Assembly (NCBI GenBank): GCA_942492995.1
Contig: OW818653.1
Coordinates: forward strand, 1,800,001-1,832,000
DNA: 32,000 bases
Direction of reading: 5' to 3'
Source of the DNA: an uncultured Erysipelotrichaceae bacterium
Lineage (GTDB): Bacteria > Bacillota_I > Bacilli_A > Erysipelotrichales > Erysipelotrichaceae
Shown: one piece after another, positions 1-6,788 of the stretch
Numbering within the stretch: the first letter of the stretch is position 1
How the letters are laid out: each line of letters begins with the position of its first letter
Made by a program: the position numbers and the translations under genes
Notes under the pieces: generated by a model
What the model was told of the DNA's origin: nothing
Database searches by the model: none
Seen by the model: only the letters and a program-made list of their open reading frames with translations

Positions 1-154
1 ATGGGGATATGATTACTATGGAGATAGTAGAACCGTTGATTCACATATGACTCGATTAAGAAGTAAACTCGATCATTATAAACATCCATTATGGGATTTA
101 AAGACAGTATGGGGTGTTGGATATAAGTTTGAGACAACAGAGGAAAAAGTATGA
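1..154 (+). CDS. OmpR/PhoB-family response regulator, C-terminal fragment (5' end lies outside the window)
   Basis: Frame 2 reads WGYDYYGDSRTVDSHMTRLRSKLDHYKHPLWDLKTVWGVGYKFETTEEKV*, the typical winged-helix tail of OmpR-type regulators. Its TGA stop overlaps the kinase ATG (ATGA at 151-154). Confidence 0.85.
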   Translation, partial: WGYDYYGDSRTVDSHMTRLRSKLDHYKHPLWDLKTVWGVGYKFETTEEKV

Positions 155-1581
155 AACAAGGAATAACACGTAAGCTTATTCTTTATTTCATTTTGGTTAT
201 TATATCGTTTGCGATCGTTATAGGATTTGTGTTTGGATTCAATGTACGTAAACAGACAAGAGATACCATCGAAATTAATCTATTAAGTCAATCGAATCTA
301 ATCGCGAATGAAATCGCAGAGAATCGAAGTTTTGATATAGAACAGAGTCAAATTGATTATTATCTATCATCCGTAGATCTCGAAGATTTACAAGTATGGA
401 TCGTAAGTAATGATGGTGAAATAACGGCAGTAACAGAAACGCATATGGGAATGGGAATGATGCGTAATTATTTTAATCTCAATAAATCAACACAAGATTT
501 ATTATCTAAAGTACTTAAAGGTGAACAACTTGTAAGTGATCGTATAAAGGGTGTATTCAATGTCGATACTGTAACAGTAGGAACACCGATTAAGATTAAT
601 AATCAGGTTATTGGCGCATTGTTTATCTCTGCGTCTATATCATCGATTAATGCGTTAAGTACAACCAGTATTAGAACCATGTTAATTGCGTTAAGTATCG
701 GGATACTCATCGCAATTGCGCTAGGATACTTCTTATCCCTTAACTTTGTTAAACCATTAATGCGAGCGAATCAAGCTGTAAATACATTAGCCTTAGGCCA
801 ATACGATATCCATATCGATGACTCAAGAGCTGATGAAATAGGATTACTCGCCCGTAATATTAATAGTCTAGCCAAACGATTAGATGATGCGTCACGTCAA
901 AGTGAGAACTTAGAAAAGATGCGTCAAAACTTTATCGCAGACATTACCCATGAACTAAGAACACCTGTCACTATCATTCGTGGATTAGCTGAAGGTATAA
1001 AAGATAAAGTCTACGATATCGAAGATAGTCCGATGATAAGTACACAGATTATCCATGAAACAGTCGGTATGCAACGGTTAATCCAAGACTTATTAGACCT
1101 ATCCAAACTCGAAGATCCAGACTTTAAACTTGATATGCGACCTCTTGAACTCCATGAAGTACTAAGTGATGTGAGTCGTAGTGCACAAGCTCTACTAGAA
1201 GCCAAGAAACAGCGATTAGTCGTAGAACTCGAAGAAGGTGAATGGAATATCATCGGTGACCATCAACGCTTAAAACAGATGTTTATCGCAGTCATAGACA
1301 ACGCTTCTAAATTCTCGAAGAATAGCACAGACATCAAAGTAAGTGCTAAACGAGAAGATAAATCGATCATTGTAAGAGTTAAAGACAATGGATCAGGAAT
1401 AAGCATTAACCAACAAAAAGAACTCTTCAAACGATACAAGAAAGATAGTCAAAACAATCCAAATGGAAATGGATTAGGACTACTCATCGTATCGCGTATT
1501 GCGCAAAGTCATAAGATTGATCTCAGTGTAAATAGTATTGAGAATCAAGGAACAGAAATAGTATTTAGTATAAATTTATAA
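151..1581 (+). CDS. Sensor histidine kinase (2 TM segments, HAMP, HisKA, HATPase_c)
   Basis: H-box FIADITHELRTPVT, N-box DNASKFS, G1 DNGSGI and G2 GNGLGL. An N-terminal TM helix and a second TM (IRTMLIALSIGILIAIALGYFL) precede a HAMP-like segment. The gene is translationally coupled to the upstream regulator. Confidence 0.92.
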   Translation: MKQGITRKLILYFILVIISFAIVIGFVFGFNVRKQTRDTIEINLLSQSNLIANEIAENRSFDIEQSQIDYYLSSVDLEDLQVWIVSNDGEITAVTETHMGMGMMRNYFNLNKSTQDLLSKVLKGEQLVSDRIKGVFNVDTVTVGTPIKINNQVIGALFISASISSINALSTTSIRTMLIALSIGILIAIALGYFLSLNFVKPLMRANQAVNTLALGQYDIHIDDSRADEIGLLARNINSLAKRLDDASRQSENLEKMRQNFIADITHELRTPVTIIRGLAEGIKDKVYDIEDSPMISTQIIHETVGMQRLIQDLLDLSKLEDPDFKLDMRPLELHEVLSDVSRSAQALLEAKKQRLVVELEEGEWNIIGDHQRLKQMFIAVIDNASKFSKNSTDIKVSAKREDKSIIVRVKDNGSGISINQQKELFKRYKKDSQNNPNGNGLGLLIVSRIAQSHKIDLSVNSIENQGTEIVFSINL

Positions 1582-1612
1582 GAATCTCATCGTAAGGATG
1601 AGATTCTTTAAT
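1580..1612 (+). terminator. Rho-independent terminator of the two-component operon
   Basis: Perfect 12-bp stem aagaatctcatc / gatgagattctt with loop gtaag, followed by a T-rich tail. It begins at the kinase stop codon. Confidence 0.8.
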
Positions 1613-1831
1613 TTGAATACGTACTTTAGAGTATCTAGATTAAAGGAATATAAGCAATATATTAAGAATAAATTCAGAACTCACAATTAGAATATATTGA
1701 ACGTGAAGAATGGTTTTTTCGATTGTGGATTTTGTAGGAATTCTGAGTGAAAGTGACAATTCTGAATAATACTGGAGTGTACTTATAACAAGATTAAAAT
1801 CAGATGGAAGCCAAATGGCAACAAAATGTAG

Positions 1832-2139
1832 CCAGTTGAAATTACAAATGCTTGGACAGGACTAAGTACAAAGGAATATAAGAATCTCAAAAGTTTATAA
1901 AAAGAAAATTTAAGAGATAATATGACAAATCTTGAATTAGTATTAAATATGTTAGCAGAAGCATCAACATCTGAAATTTCTAAGGAATTGAAACCTGAAA
2001 CTTTTGAGGATAATAAAGTAGTTGTCGAAAGGGTGGATTTGTAGCAAATGCAGCTAAAGTACAACTTGAAGAAACTACTGGGAAAAAGGTTATAACTGCG
2101 AAGAATAACAAGATAGTAAATAGTATTGAGAAGAAATAA
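1832..2139 (+). pseudogene. Decayed C-terminal remnant of a DinD/phage-antirepressor-like gene (in-frame stops plus a frameshift)
   Basis: Reading across the defects gives PVEITNAWTGLSTKEYKNLKSL*KENLRDNMTNLELVLNMLAEASTSEISKELKPETFEDNKVVVER / (frameshift near 2028) / KGGFVANAAKVQLEETTGKKVITAKNNKIVNSIEKK*. This resembles the conserved C-terminal tail I recall from DinD/antirepressor-type proteins. TAG at 1829-1831 and TAA at 1898-1900 interrupt the frame. The family assignment is from memory only. Confidence 0.45.
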
Positions 2140-2165
2140 TATTTAAGTTTATAGGTAGAACTGTA

Positions 2166-2768
2166 TTAATAAGACTTGAATGATTTAATCTCTCTCTTTA
2201 AGTAATTTACTAATAACTGTAGATTTCTTGTTTTATAATAAGGAGCTAATTCTAAGATAAGTTCTAAATCCAGCTCAAAGAGTTGATTCTCATCAATCCT
2301 CAAAAAATCAAACAATAAAGATTTTAGTTCAGATTGATTTGAACATGGTTCGTAAGTATATAAAATATCACATAAAGCCTTTTCAGCTTTCGCTAAAACA
2401 AAACTATAACTATTCTGTTGATATAGAATTGTCGCAAGACCAAATACTTCTCTCGGTACATCTCTATACGTAAAGTGACCAAATTCGTTATCATATATTT
2501 TACGACGTCGTTTGTTAAACGTTGCGGAAGTGAAATGATAAACAGCTTCAGGAATTAAACCATAATAAGAAAGCGCAAACTCAAAAGACAAGTAAGATGG
2601 ACCATAAATAATAGATGCTAAGTAATGACCAGGAGTTTTAGGGTCTGTTTCATACAAACCTTTAACAATTGGTATAATCTCTTTCTTTTTCACCATATTA
2701 GAAATTTTTGCCATTGGATTACTATATTGAGTTAGTTGGTCAAGTAAAACAGCAGTTGTATATATCAT
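2166..2768 (-). CDS. AbiEi-family (type IV toxin-antitoxin) antitoxin-like transcriptional regulator; no AbiEii partner present
   Basis: The 200-aa product has an N-terminal wHTH ending in IVKGLYE, then ASIIYGPSYLSFEFALSYYGLIPEAVY...FTYRDVP, the pattern typical of AbiEi antitoxins. A GGAG Shine-Dalgarno sequence lies 7 nt upstream of the ATG. Confidence 0.75.
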   Translation of the reverse strand: MIYTTAVLLDQLTQYSNPMAKISNMVKKKEIIPIVKGLYETDPKTPGHYLASIIYGPSYLSFEFALSYYGLIPEAVYHFTSATFNKRRRKIYDNEFGHFTYRDVPREVFGLATILYQQNSYSFVLAKAEKALCDILYTYEPCSNQSELKSLLFDFLRIDENQLFELDLELILELAPYYKTRNLQLLVNYLKREIKSFKSY

Positions 2769-2814
2769 ATTTTCTCCAGATAATCCAATAATAATGTATT
2801 ATCTGGAGAAAATA
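2768..2814. promoter_or_regulatory. Perfect 17-bp inverted repeat (13-bp spacer) covering the SD and start codon of the AbiEi gene
   Basis: tattttctccagataat (2768-2784) is the exact reverse complement of attatctggagaaaata (2798-2814). On the minus-strand mRNA the 3' arm contains GGAG and the A of the AUG. Confidence 0.7.
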
Positions 2815-3027
2815 AATACTATTTTAACTAGAATCTCTAAATATTTATATGTAATAAACGTATTTTGTCCTTATAAGATTATAAACTTTATAACTATTGA
2901 ACAAATATTAGGACTTTTTAAATTGATGTCAGTATATATAATTGAAACTTACAACAGTTACATTTAACAGACGGTGTCTATTAAATTAAGTTGAACTAAA
3001 TGTAAGTCAAGTAAAAATGGAAATAAC

Positions 3028-3056
3028 TTGACATTCTAGATTAGCGATACTATATT
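3028..3056 (+). promoter_or_regulatory. Candidate sigma-A promoter for the 3077-5272 operon
   Basis: TTGACA (3028-3033), a 17-nt spacer, then TATATT (3051-3056), 20 nt upstream of the ATG at 3077. The short inverted repeat gtcaagt/acttgac (3005-3011 / 3026-3032) overlaps the -35 element. Confidence 0.5.
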
Positions 3057-3076
3057 GAAATTATTACAGGTAAACA

Positions 3077-3787
3077 ATGAATTACACAAAAATAGTAAAA
3101 GAAGAAATACATAAATACGAAGAAACTGAATTGATTAATTCTAATCAGTTATTTTTAAATAAATTATCTAGTATACCAGAGTTTACGTATTACAAGATTC
3201 TAGAAAGAATGGTTAAAAACAACGAATTAGCAAGAATTTCAAAAGGAATATATGTAATTCCAAAACAAACTGAGTTTGGATTGATATCAAATAGTGAAGA
3301 AAAAATATTGAATTTATATTTAGAAAATAATAATGGATTATATAAAGGACTTTATTTGTTTAATCATCTCGGTTTAACAACGCAATTACCCAAAATAATT
3401 GAAATATATTCTTCGAATCTTGATCAAGAAACAAAGAGAATTAATAATTTTAGAATCCAAAAAATTAATATGAAATTAAACAAAGAAAATGTACACTATA
3501 TCGAATTACTTGAAGTGTTAGAGAATTACTACAAAATTGAAGATATAAATCATAATAAGTTTATTTCCTATCTAAGGAAAAGTGTTAATTCCTATAATGA
3601 CATTAATTTAAAGTATGTATTAAAAAATAAAAAGTATAAGAAATCTACAATTGCGTTTCTTGAAACGATTTTGAATAAATATGGAATAAAGAATACTTTA
3701 AATATGTATCTAAATCGAACATCAAAATATAAAGTTCCAGATTTAGAATTTACTTCTGAGTACGATAATTATAAAGAAATATGTTAG
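3077..3787 (+). CDS. AbiEi/DUF6088-like wHTH protein (antitoxin-type)
   Basis: The 236-aa product reads YYKILERMVKNNELARISKGIYVIPKQTEFG...YLFNHLGLTTQLPKIIEIYSS. This is a wHTH ending in the (K/R)G(I/V)Y motif followed by a 'LGLTTQ(V/L)P' segment, as in AbiEi/DUF6088 proteins. It lies 15 nt upstream of the next gene. Confidence 0.6.
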   Translation: MNYTKIVKEEIHKYEETELINSNQLFLNKLSSIPEFTYYKILERMVKNNELARISKGIYVIPKQTEFGLISNSEEKILNLYLENNNGLYKGLYLFNHLGLTTQLPKIIEIYSSNLDQETKRINNFRIQKINMKLNKENVHYIELLEVLENYYKIEDINHNKFISYLRKSVNSYNDINLKYVLKNKKYKKSTIAFLETILNKYGIKNTLNMYLNRTSKYKVPDLEFTSEYDNYKEIC

Positions 3788-3802
3788 TAAAAGGAAAAAA
3801 AT

Positions 3803-5272
3803 ATGGAAAACAGCAAAATAATTAAAAGTTATCAAACAGACAAAGAATCACAATATTTTGATCGGAAAAGCGCGAGAATAGATCCGAAAGAAATCGCAAA
3901 ACTTATTTCTGCTTACGCAAATGCAGATGGGGGAACGATCGTATTAGGGATTGAAGATAATGGTGTAATAACTGGATTTAAAACGACTAATTCAAAAGCA
4001 ATTGATAGTTTTAAACGCACATCTTTTACATTTCTCAATAGTCATCCTCAAACTGAATTCGAAGAAATAGATTGCATTAATATAAACAATGAATCAGATA
4101 AATTATTAATAATAAAAGTAGAATGTGAAACAAATAATATCATTCAAATGACGAATGATGATGTCTATCTTAGAGTCGGCGATCAATCTAAAAAGTTAAC
4201 TCATTTAGACATTGAACGTTTAAAATATGATAAAGGAGCAAGTCATTTTGAAGAAATAATCAATCCTCGAGGGTCCATAAATGATTTAAATATGGGCCTA
4301 GTTGAAGAGTATTGTAAACTTTTAAAATTCGATAAAGAATTCTCTAATCCAATTAGTGTTCTAGAGTCTAGACATTTATTGGTAAATTCAAAACCAACAA
4401 ATGCTTGTTTATTGTTATTCGCAAAAGATTTAACAAAATTTTGCCCAAACTATGGGATTAGATTCATAAAATATGAAGGTCTGTTTGCGGAAACTGGAGA
4501 ACGTTTAAATATCATAAGAGACGAATTATTTGAAGGACCATTACCTATTCTGATTGATAAATGTATAAATTTTGTTCAGTCACAGTTACGGTTTTTTAAT
4601 TCTCTTGATATCAAAACAAATACATTTTTAACGATTCCAGAATATCCTGAAGCTGCTTGGGTTGAAGGAATTATTAATGCTGTTACACATCGCGACTACT
4701 CTATTCTAGGGGATCAAATTAAGATTTTTATGTTTGATGATAGGATTGAAATTAGAAGTCCGGGTAAATTACCCAATATTGTGAACCTTGAAAACATGAA
4801 GAATACGAGATATTCGCGTAATCCACGTGTTGCTCGAGTCCTTAATGATTTTGGTAAAGTAAAAGAGTTAAATGAAGGAGTTAAGAGAATGTATGAAGAA
4901 ATGCATCGTTTCTCTTTAAATGAACCAAAATATTCTGAACCTTATAATAATTCTGTTTTGCTTATATTGGAGAATAACATCATTATACGAAAATTGAGAA
5001 AAGCAGATGTGATAATGAAAATTATTGAAGAATACCAAGGAATTGTTACAGAAGAAGAGAAGCTTATATTAATTGCATTAACAAATAAAATGAAAATAAC
5101 AATTAAGGAAAGTTGTGAGTTAATTAATAGAAGTCCGAAATATACTAGAAGTCTACTGATGAATTTAGTTAATTTAGAGATTCTAAATTGGAATAGGACT
5201 TCTCAGAAAGATCCAAAGCAATACTATACTCTAAAATTAATCTCTGAGAAGTCCTCGAGTAGAACCGAGTAG
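3803..5272 (+). CDS. AlbA_2 (Schlafen-type) domain / HATPase_c_4-like / C-terminal wHTH protein (often mis-annotated as 'RecG-like')
   Basis: The N-terminus reads ESQYFDRKSARI...AYANADGGTIVLGIEDNGVITGF (AlbA_2). The middle reads EGIINAVTHRDYSILGDQIKIFMFDDRIEIRSPGKLP...YSRNPRVARVLNDFGKVKELNEGVKRM (HATPase_c_4-like). The C-terminus is a wHTH (ITIKESCELINRSPKYTRSLLMNLVNLEIL). An AAAGGA SD is present. The last 5 codons and the TAG stop lie inside the 10-bp repeat. Confidence 0.8.
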   Translation: MENSKIIKSYQTDKESQYFDRKSARIDPKEIAKLISAYANADGGTIVLGIEDNGVITGFKTTNSKAIDSFKRTSFTFLNSHPQTEFEEIDCININNESDKLLIIKVECETNNIIQMTNDDVYLRVGDQSKKLTHLDIERLKYDKGASHFEEIINPRGSINDLNMGLVEEYCKLLKFDKEFSNPISVLESRHLLVNSKPTNACLLLFAKDLTKFCPNYGIRFIKYEGLFAETGERLNIIRDELFEGPLPILIDKCINFVQSQLRFFNSLDIKTNTFLTIPEYPEAAWVEGIINAVTHRDYSILGDQIKIFMFDDRIEIRSPGKLPNIVNLENMKNTRYSRNPRVARVLNDFGKVKELNEGVKRMYEEMHRFSLNEPKYSEPYNNSVLLILENNIIIRKLRKADVIMKIIEEYQGIVTEEEKLILIALTNKMKITIKESCELINRSPKYTRSLLMNLVNLEILNWNRTSQKDPKQYYTLKLISEKSSSRTE

Positions 5273-5560
5273 AACCGAGTAGAACCGAGTAGAACCGAGT
5301 AGAACCGAGTAGAACCGAGTAGAACCGAGTAGAACCGAGTAGAACCGAGTAGAACCGAGTAGAACCGAGTAGAACCGAGTAGAACCGAGTAGAACCGAGT
5401 AGAACCGAGTAGAACCGAGTAGAACCGAGTAGAACCGAGTAGAACCGAGTAGAACCGAGTAGAACCGAGTAGAACCGAGTAGAACCGAGTAGAACCGAGT
5501 AGAACCGAGTAGAACCGAGTAGAACCGAGTAGAACCGAGTAGAACCGAGTAGAACCGAGT
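5256..5560. repeat. Perfect tandem decanucleotide repeat, (agaaccgagt) x 30 plus a 5-nt partial unit
   Basis: Counted directly: 30 identical 10-bp units span 5261-5560, preceded by cgagt (5256-5260), with no variant unit. TAG recurs every 10 nt on the plus strand, so all three plus frames are closed. The minus strand has no stop in any frame. Confidence 0.98.
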
Positions 5561-5590
5561 ATAGTAAGTCATAGTAAGTCATTGTAAATT
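5561..5590. repeat. Degenerate flank of the array: (atagtaagtc) x 2, then attgtaaatt
   Basis: Two identical 10-bp units that differ from the main unit are followed by a 7/10-matching third unit. Their reverse complements supply the ATGs of the spurious minus-strand ORFs. Confidence 0.85.
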
Positions 5591-5652
5591 TAATAGCAGT
5601 AAATTGTACTGAATGAGAGAACTCGATTTGAAATTATAATAATACTTAATCA

Positions 5653-5690
5653 AAAAGGACTTTATATCACTCTATAAAATCCTTTTCATT
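5653..5690. terminator. Stem-loop terminator between the island operon and the reductase-gene remnant
   Basis: aaaaggactttata / tataaaatcctttt forms a 14-bp stem with 1 mismatch and loop tcactc. T-rich sequence follows on the plus strand. Confidence 0.55.
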
Positions 5691-5713
5691 ATTCTGATTA
5701 CTAATTCTAAATT

Positions 5714-5835
5714 ACTTTGAAAGCGAGAATCCACCAGTCCATTCAAAAAGCTCACGGATAGCTAATGTAATCTGTAAGAAATCATTGCAGATGTTAATGT
5801 ACTCTTCAAGTCAGAATCATTTATCGCAAATAGCG
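5714..5835 (-). pseudogene. Truncated, internally deleted copy of the 3' end of the reductase gene found intact at 14705-15265
   Basis: 5714-5784 aligns to 14705-14774 at about 90% identity (for example gagaatccaccagtccat and ctcacggatagctaatgtaatctgtaagaaa are identical). About 67 nt corresponding to 14775-14840 are missing. 5785-5835 then aligns to about 14841-14895. The copy translates to ...FLQITLAIRELFEWTGGFSLSK*, versus FLQITLAIRELIGWTGGFSLSK* in the intact gene. Confidence 0.8.
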
Positions 5836-6788
5836 TTCAGATTATCTAAGATAAACGAAGTAATCGGAGTATTAGAATACTTAAACGCTAGAATTACACT
5901 TCCAATATCTGGGCTACTAAATGGATCAATTAGTTGAATATTATGTTCTTTTAGTTTTCTTTGAAGGGGTAATGTAACAAACTCTTTACTTTTGAACACA
6001 CCACCTTGATACGAAGCATACACTAAACCATTAAACTGAAGTTTATTTTTTAATGCGATGATAATTCGACTAAGTTCATAAGCTGCTTCTTCAAATATTC
6101 GTAAAGCAGAAGAATCTCCTAATTCCGCCAAGATACTAACATCAAGAGCAAGACTAGCAACTTTCGTTCGATCAAAATCCCACTCAACAATAACCATTTT
6201 TAAGATATCGGAATCATTGATAAAATTATATTTTTCTTTAATATGCGAATATAGTTTTGTTTGATTCGATCTACCATCACTTTGCATGGTGAATTCTTGT
6301 ATCAATTTACAACCAATCCAAAAAGCACTACCTTCATCGCCACCAAAAGCATGATGCCATCCACCACATCGTAATGAATTACCATAATCATCTATCCCAA
6401 GTCCAATAGATCCAGTGCCAGCTATTAATACAATTCCAGGTTTATTAATAAGTGCTCCAGCATACGCATTCTCAACATCATTACCAATTGAAGTTTCAAT
6501 AGGGCTGAAAATATCACATACTGTATGCTTAATTAATTCATTGTCTTCCTCAATGTCACCATAGCCTGCAACTGACGCAAATATATGATGAATATTCTCT
6601 CTTTTTAAACCATTTTGATTCAAACACGCATCAAGACCATTTTGCATAACGCGTTTCAAACCATCTAATCCAACTTGTAAATAATGACTAGCGGGTTGAA
6701 TGTTTTCCGCTACTTTTATACCATTCTCATCGACTAATAAAAACTTGGTTTTAGTACCACCGCTATCAATTCCTAAGAACAATCTCAT
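5817..6788 (-). CDS. BadF/BadG/BcrA/BcrD-type ATPase; probable N-acetylglucosamine-type sugar kinase
   Basis: MRLFLGIDSGGTKTKFLLVD phosphate-1 motif, LIAGTGSIG phosphate-2 motif, and GGWHHAFGGDEGSAFWIG. Its start abuts the LacI stop codon. Confidence 0.75.
   Translation of the reverse strand: MRLFLGIDSGGTKTKFLLVDENGIKVAENIQPASHYLQVGLDGLKRVMQNGLDACLNQNGLKRENIHHIFASVAGYGDIEEDNELIKHTVCDIFSPIETSIGNDVENAYAGALINKPGIVLIAGTGSIGLGIDDYGNSLRCGGWHHAFGGDEGSAFWIGCKLIQEFTMQSDGRSNQTKLYSHIKEKYNFINDSDILKMVIVEWDFDRTKVASLALDVSILAELGDSSALRIFEEAAYELSRIIIALKNKLQFNGLVYASYQGGVFKSKEFVTLPLQRKLKEHNIQLIDPFSSPDIGSVILAFKYSNTPITSFILDNLNAICDK

Noticed and set aside
1011-1253. Other short nested or antisense ORFs in the track (1011-1253, 8129-8341, 9349-9567, 11764-12102, 12640-12831, 13196-13405, 23130-23348, 23561-23746, 25539-25763, 26569-26781, 26951-27211, 27872-28066, 27960-28163, 28304-28501, 30174-30389, 31176-31358)
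   Set aside because: Each lies within or opposite a longer ORF that has clear family signatures. All are 60-112 aa with biased composition and no ribosome-binding site that I can see.
1783-2064. 93-aa minus-strand ORF
   Set aside because: The product is low-complexity and Ser/Leu/Phe-rich, with no SD. It lies exactly antisense to the recognisable DinD-like remnant on the plus strand.
5256-5560. Possible CRISPR array
   Set aside because: The units are 10 bp and directly abutting, with no spacers. No cas genes or leader are present. It is a simple tandem repeat.
5169-5582. Minus-strand ORFs (5169-5582 and 5237-5572) encoding (STRFYSVLLG)n repeat proteins
   Set aside because: They exist only because the 10-bp unit has no stop codon on the minus strand in any frame. 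Their ATGs come from the flanking atagtaagtc units, no SD precedes either ATG (the upstream sequence is actgctattaaatttaca), and they run antisense into the AlbA_2 gene. I treat them as repeat artefacts. Only ribosome profiling or proteomics could revive them.
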